Shown in pieces: positions 8,747 to 18,206 of a stretch of 64,000 nucleotides of DNA; within the stretch, counting starts at the first letter, position 1; the number at the start of each line of letters is the position of its first letter. Source of the DNA: Thermodesulfobacteriota bacterium. Lineage in GTDB: Bacteria > Desulfobacterota > Desulfarculia > JACQYL01. Both the position numbers and the translations under genes were made by a program. The DNA lies in the NCBI GenBank assembly GCA_963675595.2, contig CAXXLZ010000002.1:2688001-2752000 (forward strand). Direction: 5' to 3'. The notes below the pieces were generated by a model. That model saw nothing but the letters and a program-made list of their open reading frames with translations. It had not been told where the DNA came from and searched no databases.

Positions 8747-9190
8747 ATGTTTAGAATGCCCTCGAAAAAGTTCATGGACCCTATTTCCATTTCCAACGAG
8801 ATTGAAGAAATGTTCGACGGGTTCGTGAAAAAATACTGTGCCCCTGGAACATCTTTTCGTCCTGAATGGTCCCCCCCGGTGGATGTATCGCAGAAAGGGG
8901 ACGTGGCCGTGGTCAGAATCGAGCTACCCGGCGTGGATCCTCAGGAGTTGAATATTTCCCTGCGGGGAGACGTCCTCGATATCGCCGGTCTGAAACCAAA
9001 AGCCGGTACCGAGTGTGACGAGAATTTCCATCAGACGGAATGCGGGTGCGGCGGGTTTCATCGCTCCATCCGGTTGCCCTTCGCAGTCCAAGGCGACCAG
9101 GCTGAGGCCGTGTATGATCGCGGCATTTTGACCATCACCCTGCCTCGCTACCGAAATCCCGAGGGCAAGGTGGTCGTAAACGTGCAGTAA
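8747..9190 (+). CDS. Hsp20/alpha-crystallin small heat shock protein
   Basis: WSPPVDV, IELPGVDP, AVYDRGILTITLP; RBS AGGAGG. Confidence 0.9.
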   Translation: MFRMPSKKFMDPISISNEIEEMFDGFVKKYCAPGTSFRPEWSPPVDVSQKGDVAVVRIELPGVDPQELNISLRGDVLDIAGLKPKAGTECDENFHQTECGCGGFHRSIRLPFAVQGDQAEAVYDRGILTITLPRYRNPEGKVVVNVQ

Positions 9191-9208
9191 GCGCCCGCTC
9201 CCGCCGAC

Positions 9209-10453
9209 TTACGGGCGGTGGAATGCCATGGCTGCATAAGATACAAAGGAACCCCGCCCGTCCACAATGGAGTGATCCAAAGTCAGCAGCTCCCCTCTCG
9301 CCTCGGGAAGCGCTCCCATGAGTGTATAGATGGGGGAGAAACCACAAATTCTCTTCCTGTGGTTGTCCCTGTGAACCCCATGAAGGAATGCCGCCCGGTT
9401 TCCATCCGAAACCATCTTCAATAAGACGCGGTCCTCTTCCAAAGAATCTTCCACCAGCTTTTCATCCGGTTGAAAATCATCTCCGTACCGGGGCCCGATA
9501 TGGTCCAGGTCCACGCTGGCCACCATGCAGATCCTGCCGTTCCTCGCCCCCACGAGTTCCCGCAAACGATTCGTGAAACGTTCGATCAGGTCCGCGTACA
9601 CTTCCAGCTCTTGTGCAACCAGGAAATGGGGATCGAAAGAACACAAAACGGGTACGATTTTGAAGTCGTGGTTGCCGCCGAACAGGTGTTGCAGGAAAAT
9701 GACCTGGAATTCGATGACGTGTTCGGTCCGGTGCGCCTGCTCTTCTTCCAAGAGATCCACAGGCACCCCGTCGTTTAAGGCGTCCACGAAAGCCCCGTCG
9801 GTTTCCACGGACCCGAAAGGAGTCGTAAATGTTTTCCGCGTACAGGAGAACAAATTCGCCAGTCCCTGGTGGCCGGTACCCAGTATGACGAAAAGGTCGG
9901 GAAGCGGGTCCGTGTTCGCGAGCGCCTGGTAGGCCTTCGCGAACGCGGGGCCGCCGGAACGTACGTCGATGTGAGGAGCCACAAGCGCCACCGGCGCCGG
10001 GCCTTTCGGCAAACCGGAAGAGCCCGATTTCAAAGAAGAATCGTAGAATCCATCCAACAGGTGCGCCAGCTCCCCGGGATCGTCGGGATACCCCGCTCCG
10101 CAATGAAACGCAGGACGAATGAGGCTTTCCCTGAATTCAGCGACCATGGCATCCCAAGCCCGACGAAAGGTCGGGTTGTCGAGAAGCAGATTGCCGTCCA
10201 ATGTCTGAACGAGGCGCTCCAAGTCTTCCAGAGGAACAATGAGGCCTCCGGAAAGTCGCACGATTTCCGCTTTGATGTCCGGCAGAGAACGTTTCCCGTC
10301 AAACAACCCCAGTACGGGAGCCGCTTCCAGCGGAAGGCACAAATCGCCCGAGCAGAGATGCAGAGGATCTCGGATCAGGAGCATACGTCTGCCGTCATTG
10401 AGGGTTATGGGGACGAATTCCAGGGGACGCAGCTTGGGGCATTCCTGTTCCAT
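9209..10453 (-). CDS. amrB: AmmeMemoRadiSam system protein B (MEMO1 family) with N-terminal extension
   Basis: APHID, LGTGH, HRTEHVIEFQ, ASVDLDHIG, RICG and SFVSYAA motifs. Confidence 0.85.
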   Translation of the reverse strand: MEQECPKLRPLEFVPITLNDGRRMLLIRDPLHLCSGDLCLPLEAAPVLGLFDGKRSLPDIKAEIVRLSGGLIVPLEDLERLVQTLDGNLLLDNPTFRRAWDAMVAEFRESLIRPAFHCGAGYPDDPGELAHLLDGFYDSSLKSGSSGLPKGPAPVALVAPHIDVRSGGPAFAKAYQALANTDPLPDLFVILGTGHQGLANLFSCTRKTFTTPFGSVETDGAFVDALNDGVPVDLLEEEQAHRTEHVIEFQVIFLQHLFGGNHDFKIVPVLCSFDPHFLVAQELEVYADLIERFTNRLRELVGARNGRICMVASVDLDHIGPRYGDDFQPDEKLVEDSLEEDRVLLKMVSDGNRAAFLHGVHRDNHRKRICGFSPIYTLMGALPEARGELLTLDHSIVDGRGSFVSYAAMAFHRP

Positions 10454-10669
10454 GATTCACTTCCTTTGCGTTTGCCGCGAATCGTCCGAATTGATCCAAA
10501 GAGCCGTCCATGGGGTTTCATCAGCATTGTCCACCTTGGTTTCCCACGGCGAATGATTACTTTGAATATTCTACGTGAATTCTTCATCCGTATGCAAACA
10601 GCGGGCCGGTACACGGCGATTCGATGAAGGGCCGCCCTGAACCGCGAAGCAACGGGAGGTCCATACTTC

Positions 10670-11548
10670 ATGATCCTGGGAGCCCACGTTTCCATCGCCG
10701 GGGGCTTGGATAAGGCGCCGGCACACGGCGCATCCATCAAAGCCGAAACGGTGCAGGTGTTCACGCGAAGCCAATTGCAGTGGGGCTCCGGCCCCCTGGA
10801 AAGCGAACAAGTACGGACATTCCGGAAAGGCATTTCGGCTCACAACCTGGAACCCGTCACCGTTCACGCTTCCTATCTAATCAATCCGGCCACCGGAGAC
10901 GAAGAGCTCCTTCACAAGTCCGCGGACTGTCTTGTGGATGATTTGGGCAGAGCCCACGCCTTGGGCGCCGAGTACTTGGTGCTTCACCCCGGGTCCCACG
11001 GAGGTGACGGAGAAAAGATCGGATTGACTCGTGCGGGCAATGCCTTGCGCGGGGTCCTGGAACAAGCCGGCGACGACCGTCCGATGCTGCTCCTGGAAAA
11101 CACCGCGGGCCAGGGAAACGGGATCGGGCACCGATGGGAGCACCTGCGGGACTTGCTCGAAACCCTTCAAGATTTCGGCGGAGTCGGAATCTGCGTGGAC
11201 ACCTGCCACGCCTATGCATCGGGCTACGACCTTTCCGAAGCAACCTACGACGATTTTGTCCGCGAACTGGATCGGATCGTGGGCCTCGAAGCCGTGCGCG
11301 CATTCCACCTGAACGATTCCAAGAGACTTCGGGGAAGCAGAGTTGATCGGCATGAGCGCATCGGTGCGGGGAGCCTGGGTCTGGAGGCGTTCCGACGACT
11401 AACCACGGACCCAAGATTCGCCGGTCTGCCCGGATACCTGGAAGTGCCGGGAGGGAATCCGGCCTACCGGGAGGACCTAAGACTTCTCCGTGGGCTCCGC
11501 GCCCCTTCCCGAAACACCAACATTTCGAACCGTTCCCCCCGCGGATGA
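10670..11548 (+). CDS. nfo: Endonuclease IV
   Basis: GAHVSIAGG, VHASYLIN, LENTAGQG, DTCH, HLNDSK, DRHERIG. Confidence 0.95.
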   Translation: MILGAHVSIAGGLDKAPAHGASIKAETVQVFTRSQLQWGSGPLESEQVRTFRKGISAHNLEPVTVHASYLINPATGDEELLHKSADCLVDDLGRAHALGAEYLVLHPGSHGGDGEKIGLTRAGNALRGVLEQAGDDRPMLLLENTAGQGNGIGHRWEHLRDLLETLQDFGGVGICVDTCHAYASGYDLSEATYDDFVRELDRIVGLEAVRAFHLNDSKRLRGSRVDRHERIGAGSLGLEAFRRLTTDPRFAGLPGYLEVPGGNPAYREDLRLLRGLRAPSRNTNISNRSPRG

Positions 11549-11660
11549 CGACCCCCATTCCGTGAACCGCCGACCCCGGCGCGATTCGTGTGCCTGGATG
11601 GTTCCGAAAGATTGTGCTAAGGTCTTGCGAATCGCGAGAGCACACCGGGAGGGAGCATCC

Positions 11661-12479
11661 GTGGACCCACGGAACAACCGCAAAGCAGGCATCGAGGAGT
11701 CGAGCCGCACGAAGCCGGGTTCGCGGGAACCCGAAAGTTGCCGCATTCTCTCTTTCGAAATCCTTTCCCGCTTTCCGGGCCTCGTGCAGGGAGTATTCTC
11801 CAGACGAGGAGGAGTCAGTCCCGAACCTTATGCGGGCTTGAATCTCGGTTACGGCACCGGCGACGCTCCGGACAACGTAACGAAAAACCTGGCGATCGCG
11901 AGACGGACCGCGGGCGTGGACCGCTGGTTTCTACTCGAACAGGTTCACGGCGATGATGTGGTCGTCGTCGAAGAAGAAAAGGACATTCCGCAAGCCGATG
12001 GAGCCGTCACGGGTCTGCGGGGAACGGGCCTGTTGATCCGTCAAGCGGACTGTGCTTCGGTGATTTTATACGACCCGGTTAAGAACGTGATCGGCGCGGT
12101 GCATTCGGGCTGGAGGGGATCCGTCGAGAACATCGTTGGAAAAACCGTGGACAAGATGAGGACGGTATTCGGATGCCTTCCCCGGGATTTGTGGGCGGGC
12201 CAAGGTCCCTCCCTCGGCCCGTGCTGCGCCGAGTATCGGGATCACAGGACAATGTTCCCTTCTTTCTGGGATCGCTATCACGTAGGCGACCGCCGATTCG
12301 ATTTCTGGAGCCTCGTGGAGGACCAGCTTTCACAGGCGGGCGTACCCCTTGCCCGGATCGAGTCTTGCCGAATCTGCACGCGATGCCGAACCGGAGATTT
12401 TTATTCCTATCGTGGTGAAGGGGTGACCGGGCGTTTCGGCACCTTCATCGGAATGACGGACGGAAACCCGTCCCCTTAG
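11661..12479 (+). CDS. pgeF: PgeF/YfiH purine nucleoside phosphorylase (laccase-domain) protein; start uncertain
   Basis: RRGGVS, LNLG, QVHG, ADC, HSGWRG and FYSYR motifs. Confidence 0.9.
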   Translation: MDPRNNRKAGIEESSRTKPGSREPESCRILSFEILSRFPGLVQGVFSRRGGVSPEPYAGLNLGYGTGDAPDNVTKNLAIARRTAGVDRWFLLEQVHGDDVVVVEEEKDIPQADGAVTGLRGTGLLIRQADCASVILYDPVKNVIGAVHSGWRGSVENIVGKTVDKMRTVFGCLPRDLWAGQGPSLGPCCAEYRDHRTMFPSFWDRYHVGDRRFDFWSLVEDQLSQAGVPLARIESCRICTRCRTGDFYSYRGEGVTGRFGTFIGMTDGNPSP

Positions 12480-12547
12480 AAAGACTGAACAGGAGGCGCA
12501 AGGGCCGACCGGCCGGATTCGGCTTGTCTTCCCCACGCATTTTCGTA

Positions 12548-13330
12548 ATGTTTCAAACCCAAGCTCAAATCGTAGATCGTGTGGAATTGGAGGCGGAGTC
12601 CTATTTCCTGGACTGCCGGGCCCCGGAGATCGCCTCCACGGCCGAGCCCGGCCAGTTCGTCATGGTGCGGGTTTCCGACGGACTTGATCCGCTCCTGAGA
12701 CGCCCCTTATCCATTCACCAAGTAAGCGAGGAGCGTTTCGGGCTGCTCTTTCGAACGGCCGGTAAGGGCACGGCCTTGCTGAGTCGAAAAAGGATCGGCG
12801 CTTGGATCGACGTCGTGGGTCCCCTGGGACGCGGCTTCCGATGGTCGCCGGGTGTGGAAGAGGTTCTACTGGTGGCCGGGGGCCGAGGGGTGGCCCCGCT
12901 CCTGTTCCTGGCTCAGCGATTGGCGAAGGAGACTCCTCCTCCCAAAATGCGGCTGCTCTACGGAACACGGACCAAATCCGAAATCGTGAGAACCGAACCT
13001 TTCAAGGCCCTGGGAGTCGAGGTGCTCACCGCAACGGAAGACGGAACCGAAGGATATCACGGCATGGTCACCGATCTGCCGCCTTCTCTGATCTCGCAAG
13101 GGCGCACTGCGGTTTTTGCCTGCGGCCCCACGGCCATGTTCCGGGCACTGTCCTCCGCGATCTCCGATCCCCTGATTCCCGTTCAGGTCTCCATGGAAGC
13201 GCACATGAGTTGCGGATTGGGCGCCTGTCGAGGATGTGTGGTGAAATCCGGACACGGTTATGCGCACGTCTGCCAAGACGGCCCCGTGTTTGCCATCGAA
13301 GACCTGAACTGGGAGGAGGACGTCCATTGA
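12548..13330 (+). CDS. pyrK: Dihydroorotate dehydrogenase B electron-transfer subunit
   Basis: PGQFVM, LRRPLS, GPLGRGF, ACGP, MSCGLGACRGC...VCQDGP. Confidence 0.93.
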   Translation: MFQTQAQIVDRVELEAESYFLDCRAPEIASTAEPGQFVMVRVSDGLDPLLRRPLSIHQVSEERFGLLFRTAGKGTALLSRKRIGAWIDVVGPLGRGFRWSPGVEEVLLVAGGRGVAPLLFLAQRLAKETPPPKMRLLYGTRTKSEIVRTEPFKALGVEVLTATEDGTEGYHGMVTDLPPSLISQGRTAVFACGPTAMFRALSSAISDPLIPVQVSMEAHMSCGLGACRGCVVKSGHGYAHVCQDGPVFAIEDLNWEEDVH

Positions 13331-14253
13331 GCGAAACATCTCCTTCCCTCAGGATGGAGTTCGGCGGTCTGGTTCTGAAGAACCCCGTGATGACGGCGTC
13401 GGGGACTTTCGGCTACGGCACGGAATTCGTTCCCTTTTTGGACCTGAGTCAACTGGGAGCCTTGGTGGTCAAAGGCATATCCCTCGAACCGAGGCAGGGG
13501 AACAAACCTCCGAGAACCGCGGAGACGCCCTGTGGGATGATCAACGCCATCGGGCTGGAAAACGTGGGCCTCGACCGATTTCTGTCGGAAAAACTTCCCG
13601 CCCTGCAATCCTTCGACGTTCCCGTGGTGGTAAACATCCTGGGTGAAGAAAAGGACGAATACGTTCGGTTGGCCGAGCGTCTCGGCGAAGCGTCCGGCGT
13701 GTCCGCCATCGAATTGAATGTTTCCTGTCCCAATGTGCGCGCCGGGGGAAGGCTTTTCGGCCTGGACCCGCAGGCTCTCGAGAATCTGGTGTCGGCCGTT
13801 CGCAAGACCACTCGACTGCCCCTCTGGGTCAAACTGACCCCGCTGGTTACGGACATAACCGCCATGGGTAAGGCCGCGCGACAGGGAGGCGCCGACGCCC
13901 TTTGTATCGGGAACACGTTCCCGGCCATGGTGGTGGACGTCAAAACCCGCAGACCCAAGTTGGGAAACGTGATCGGAGGACTTTCGGGTCCTGCGATCCG
14001 CCCCATCATGGTGCGTCTGTGCCGGCTGCTTGCCGAATCTTCGGAACTCCCCATCATAGGAATCGGCGGAATCACCCGCGCCGAAGACGCCCTCGAGTAT
14101 ATCCTCGCCGGCGCGTCCGCGGTTCAGGTGGGCACCGCGAATTTCACCAACCCTCGGGCCACCATGGACATTTTGACAGGCCTCCGTACCTATTTGGAAG
14201 AGAATCGGATTCCTGGTCTTTCGAATCTGGTGGGCGGCCTGATCACGGATTAA
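13327..14253 (+). CDS. pyrD: Dihydroorotate dehydrogenase B catalytic subunit
   Basis: KNPVMTASGTFG, NAIGLEN, ELNVSCPN, VKLTP, GGLSGPAI, VQVGTA; TTG start overlaps the pyrK stop. Confidence 0.95.
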   Translation: MSETSPSLRMEFGGLVLKNPVMTASGTFGYGTEFVPFLDLSQLGALVVKGISLEPRQGNKPPRTAETPCGMINAIGLENVGLDRFLSEKLPALQSFDVPVVVNILGEEKDEYVRLAERLGEASGVSAIELNVSCPNVRAGGRLFGLDPQALENLVSAVRKTTRLPLWVKLTPLVTDITAMGKAARQGGADALCIGNTFPAMVVDVKTRRPKLGNVIGGLSGPAIRPIMVRLCRLLAESSELPIIGIGGITRAEDALEYILAGASAVQVGTANFTNPRATMDILTGLRTYLEENRIPGLSNLVGGLITD

Positions 14254-14393
14254 GGCACCGCTCGGGTGTTCGTAACATACCCTCACAAGGAGGCTCTTCG
14301 CTCCTGAAGCGAAGGAACCGTTGAAGGCGTTGAAACGAGGATGGGGTCGCTATGCGGACCCAACACGGCCTCATCCCCGAGCGATTGGGACTC

Positions 14394-15356
14394 ATGGAAC
14401 TCCATACCTCAGTGGATCAATTTCTGGCGTTCATCCGAGTTGAGCGGGGTCTCTCGGACAACACGGTGGACGCCTACAGCAGGGATCTGGCGCGTTTGGT
14501 CGATTCCCTGGTCTCCATGGGAATCGGCTCCGCCGATGAGGTGGAACCCCTGCACATCCACCGATTCCTTGTGGATTTAGAAGACCGGAAACTCGCAAAA
14601 CGGACTAAGGCGCGCATTCTCTCGGCCGTGAGAACCTACTTCAAATTCCTGTTGCGGGAACGGATCGTTCCCTCAAATCCCACTGAAAACATTGAATCTC
14701 CCAAACTGGGGAGAGCGCTCCCGCATTTTCTCACTCTCGAAGAAGTGGAGCGTCTCCTGGAGCAACCCGATACGCTGACCCCCAGGGGCGTGCGAGATCG
14801 GGCCATGCTGGAGACTCTATATGCCGCAGGGCTGAGAGTTTCCGAGTTGATCGGGCTGAAGCTGGACGATGTCAACTTCGTAGTGGGATTTGTCAAAGCG
14901 CTGGGAAAAGGAAAGAAAGAAAGAATCGTGCCTCTGGGAGAAACCGCGATCAAGTGGTTGCGACGATACCGGGAAGAGGAACGTCAACTGGTTTCGTCCC
15001 GGGCCGACACGGATCACCTCTTCATCAATCGAAGGGGAAAGCCCCTCACGCGTCAGTGGTTCTGGAAGAGAATCAAATCATACGCCCTGGCGGCGGGTAT
15101 CCACAAGGAAATCAGTCCTCATGTGTTGAGACACTCTTTCGCCACACACCTGCTGAACAACGGAGCGGACCTCCGTTCCCTGCAACTTCTTTTGGGGCAC
15201 GCCGACATTTCCACCACTCAGATTTACACGCACATCACCTTGGAACGTCTCAAAGAGGTACATCGAAAGTATCACCCGAGGGAGTACGCACCGGTGAGCG
15301 CTCACGAAATCACAAAGACCGCATTTCCCGACGGCCGGAAGCCGGAAGAAACCTGA
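14394..15356 (+). CDS. xerD: Site-specific tyrosine recombinase XerD
   Basis: ERGLSDNTVDAY, RDRAMLETLYAAGLRVSEL, HVLRHSFATHLL, LGHADISTTQIYTH. Confidence 0.93.
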   Translation: MELHTSVDQFLAFIRVERGLSDNTVDAYSRDLARLVDSLVSMGIGSADEVEPLHIHRFLVDLEDRKLAKRTKARILSAVRTYFKFLLRERIVPSNPTENIESPKLGRALPHFLTLEEVERLLEQPDTLTPRGVRDRAMLETLYAAGLRVSELIGLKLDDVNFVVGFVKALGKGKKERIVPLGETAIKWLRRYREEERQLVSSRADTDHLFINRRGKPLTRQWFWKRIKSYALAAGIHKEISPHVLRHSFATHLLNNGADLRSLQLLLGHADISTTQIYTHITLERLKEVHRKYHPREYAPVSAHEITKTAFPDGRKPEET

Positions 15357-15451
15357 GGACATCACCGTTTTGAAAAGAAGCAGCCGGCGGCCCGACAGGT
15401 ACGGCGAATAGGTCCCACTCAATCACTAGTAGAAAGAATGCGGAAAGACGG

Positions 15452-18127
15452 ATGGAAGTCATCACCACGCACTTGAACGCGGATTTCGACGCCATGGCCT
15501 CCATGGTGGCCGCGAAGAAACTCTACCCCAACGCGATCGCCGTCTTTCCCGGGTCCCAGGAAAGGAACCTGAGGAATTTCTTCGTGGAATCCATGGTGTA
15601 CGATCTGGGCCTGTCCAAGCTGAAATCGGTGCCGATGGAACAAGTTACCAGGCTGATCCTGGTGGATACTCGTCAGCGAACGCGAATCGGTCCTTTCGAG
15701 GAAATCGTGGATCGTGAAGGCCTGAGTATACACATCTACGACCACCATCCGCCCACCAAATGGGACGTTCACGGAGAAGTCGAAGTCATCAAGGAGGTGG
15801 GTTCCACCACCACGATCCTCACCCGGATGATCATCGAGCGAGGGCTGGAACTCACATCGGACGAGGCGACCATACTCGCTTTGGGGATTTACGAGGACAC
15901 GGGATCCTTCACCTTCACTTCCACGACGGAAGAAGACTATTACGCAGCCGGGTTCCTTCGGAAAAAGGGGGCAAACCTGGGCCTGGTTCAGGACATGCTC
16001 ACCCATGAACTGACGGTCGAGCAGGTGACCCTCCTCAATGACATGGTCCAGTCCGCCGAGACGCACGTGATCAACGGGGTTGAAGTGATGGTGACCAAAG
16101 TGGCGTCGGAGGAGTATGTGGGTGACTTCGCCGTCCTGGTTCACAAGCTCGTGGATATGGAAAACGTGCCCGCGGTTTTCGCTTTGGCTCAAATGGAGGA
16201 CCGAGTCTACATCGTTGGAAGGAGTCGAATTCCCGAGGTAAACGCAGCCGACGTGCTGATCCCCCTGGGAGGAGGTGGACACTCCACCGCGGCTTCCGCT
16301 TCGGTCAAGGAACTGCCCCTGAATCAGGCGGAGCAAAAACTGCTGCGGAACCTTAAAAGCAAGGTCAATGCCAGCAGGACCGCGAGAGACATCATGAGTT
16401 ATCCGGTGGTGAGCGCACGCCCCGACCAAACCCTGGCTTCCGCCGCCGAAACCTTGGTTCGGTACAGCATCAACGTGCTTCCCATCATGGAGAACGGTGC
16501 GGTTCTGGGGCTCGTCACCAGGCAGGTGGTTGAAAAGGCCGCATACCACGGCCTGAAAGACCTGCCGGTGAGTGAATACATGACTTCCGATTTCTCCACC
16601 GTGTTTCCAGATGCGGGCATCTCGGAGATTCAGGAAAAGATCGTGGCCGAGAATCAACGCATGCTTCCCGTGGTGGAAGAAGGAAAGCTGGTGGGTGTCA
16701 TCACTCGCACCGATCTTCTCAACACCCTCATGGATACGCCCCTCACCGGCCAACAGCTTTATGACGGCCGGCAAGGAAAGGAGTTCACCAGAAAGAAGAA
16801 CCTCACCAGCCTCATGAAGGAACGCCTCAACCGGGAAATCGTCGAACTCCTGAAGTCCCTGGGCAGAATCGCCGACGGAGCGGGCGTAAGCGTTTACGCG
16901 GTGGGTGGATTCGTGCGAGACCTGCTTCTCAGACGTCAAAACCTGGACATCGACGTGGTTGTGGAAGGGGACGGCATCGCATTCGCACAGAAATTCGCGC
17001 AAGAGCGTGGGAACGTCCGGGTCCGGACTCACAAGAAATTCGGAACGGCCGTTATCTTATTTCCGGACGGATTTTCCGTGGACGTGGCCACCGCCAGGCG
17101 AGAGGTCTACATCAGTCCCGCCGCCCTTCCCATCGTGGAGTCCAGTTCCATCAAGCTGGACCTGTACCGCAGGGATTTCACGATCAACACCCTGGCCCTG
17201 CAGCTCAACAATCGGTATTTCGGGACCCTCATCGACTTTTTCGGAGCTCAGAAAGATATTCGGGAACGCACGATTCGCGTTCTGCACAACTTAAGCTTCG
17301 TCGAAGACCCCACCCGCGTGTTCCGCGCCATTCGTTTCGAAAAAAGGTTCGGTTTCAGAATCGGCAAGCTCACTCGCCAACTGATCGACAACGCTCGGCG
17401 GATCGACGTGTTTAAAGGACTGAGCGGCCGCAGGCTTTTCCACGAGCTCGAACTGATGTTGAGCGAGGAGCATCCGGTGCTGAGTATCGCCCGAATGAAC
17501 GACTTCAAACTTCTGTCCGTGCTTCATCCCGCCCTTAAGTTCGATGGAAAGCTGGAGGACCTTTTTTTCCGCGTCGACGTGGTGCTGAACTGGTTCGAAC
17601 TGCTTTACCTGGACGAACGGTATTCTAAATGGAAGACCTACTTGCCGGCTTTGGGAGATCAACTGACGGGTGCGGAATTCGAGACGCTTCTGAAGCGCTT
17701 TGAGATTTCCAAGGCCATTGTCGGAGAATTGGTCAAGGCCAAGCAGGACGTCGAGCTCCTATCCAAGCGGGTTCCCCCGAGAAAGGAGCTCTTACCGGGC
17801 GAAATCCACGAACTGCTGCATGGAGTGTCCGTTGAGTGTTTGTTGTTTCTGATGGCGAAAACCGCCAAAGAGAATTTAAGAAAGGCAATCTCCACGTATT
17901 TCACAACGGTTCGGAGAGTGCATACCATCCTCCGCGGGCGAGACCTTCGGGAAATGGGCTATCCGCCGGGCCGTCATTACGGAAAAATTCTGAATACGTT
18001 GTTTATGGCCAAATTGAACGAAGAAGTGGGAACCCGGGAAGAAGAAATGACCTTTGTCCGGGAGCGGTTCCCTTTGTGCGATTTTACTCAGGGCCGTCTC
18101 GGCGTGGCGCGTCCACCGCACCGTTGA
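15452..18127 (+). CDS. DHH-CBS-tRNA nucleotidyltransferase (probably A-adding type)
   Basis: TTHLNADFD, DHH, GGGGH, CBS pair, VGGFVRD, DIDVV, DLYRRDFTIN, EDPTRVFRA. Confidence 0.92.
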   Translation: MEVITTHLNADFDAMASMVAAKKLYPNAIAVFPGSQERNLRNFFVESMVYDLGLSKLKSVPMEQVTRLILVDTRQRTRIGPFEEIVDREGLSIHIYDHHPPTKWDVHGEVEVIKEVGSTTTILTRMIIERGLELTSDEATILALGIYEDTGSFTFTSTTEEDYYAAGFLRKKGANLGLVQDMLTHELTVEQVTLLNDMVQSAETHVINGVEVMVTKVASEEYVGDFAVLVHKLVDMENVPAVFALAQMEDRVYIVGRSRIPEVNAADVLIPLGGGGHSTAASASVKELPLNQAEQKLLRNLKSKVNASRTARDIMSYPVVSARPDQTLASAAETLVRYSINVLPIMENGAVLGLVTRQVVEKAAYHGLKDLPVSEYMTSDFSTVFPDAGISEIQEKIVAENQRMLPVVEEGKLVGVITRTDLLNTLMDTPLTGQQLYDGRQGKEFTRKKNLTSLMKERLNREIVELLKSLGRIADGAGVSVYAVGGFVRDLLLRRQNLDIDVVVEGDGIAFAQKFAQERGNVRVRTHKKFGTAVILFPDGFSVDVATARREVYISPAALPIVESSSIKLDLYRRDFTINTLALQLNNRYFGTLIDFFGAQKDIRERTIRVLHNLSFVEDPTRVFRAIRFEKRFGFRIGKLTRQLIDNARRIDVFKGLSGRRLFHELELMLSEEHPVLSIARMNDFKLLSVLHPALKFDGKLEDLFFRVDVVLNWFELLYLDERYSKWKTYLPALGDQLTGAEFETLLKRFEISKAIVGELVKAKQDVELLSKRVPPRKELLPGEIHELLHGVSVECLLFLMAKTAKENLRKAISTYFTTVRRVHTILRGRDLREMGYPPGRHYGKILNTLFMAKLNEEVGTREEEMTFVRERFPLCDFTQGRLGVARPPHR

Positions 18128-18206
18128 AACATTCCGGAACGGCCTTACATCCGGTTTTGCGGTTCAATGCGCAACGGCTGAATTCGCCGTGCCTTGCCGG
18201 CAAAGC

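Noticed and set aside
14394-15356. Tyrosine recombinase as a prophage or integron integrase
   Set aside because: Canonical XerD motifs in a housekeeping context; no att sites, cassettes or phage genes seen
15419-17032. Long antisense ORFs (also 31110-32270, 54272-55276, 13258-14286)
   Set aside because: Codon-bias shadows of well-supported genes on the opposite strand
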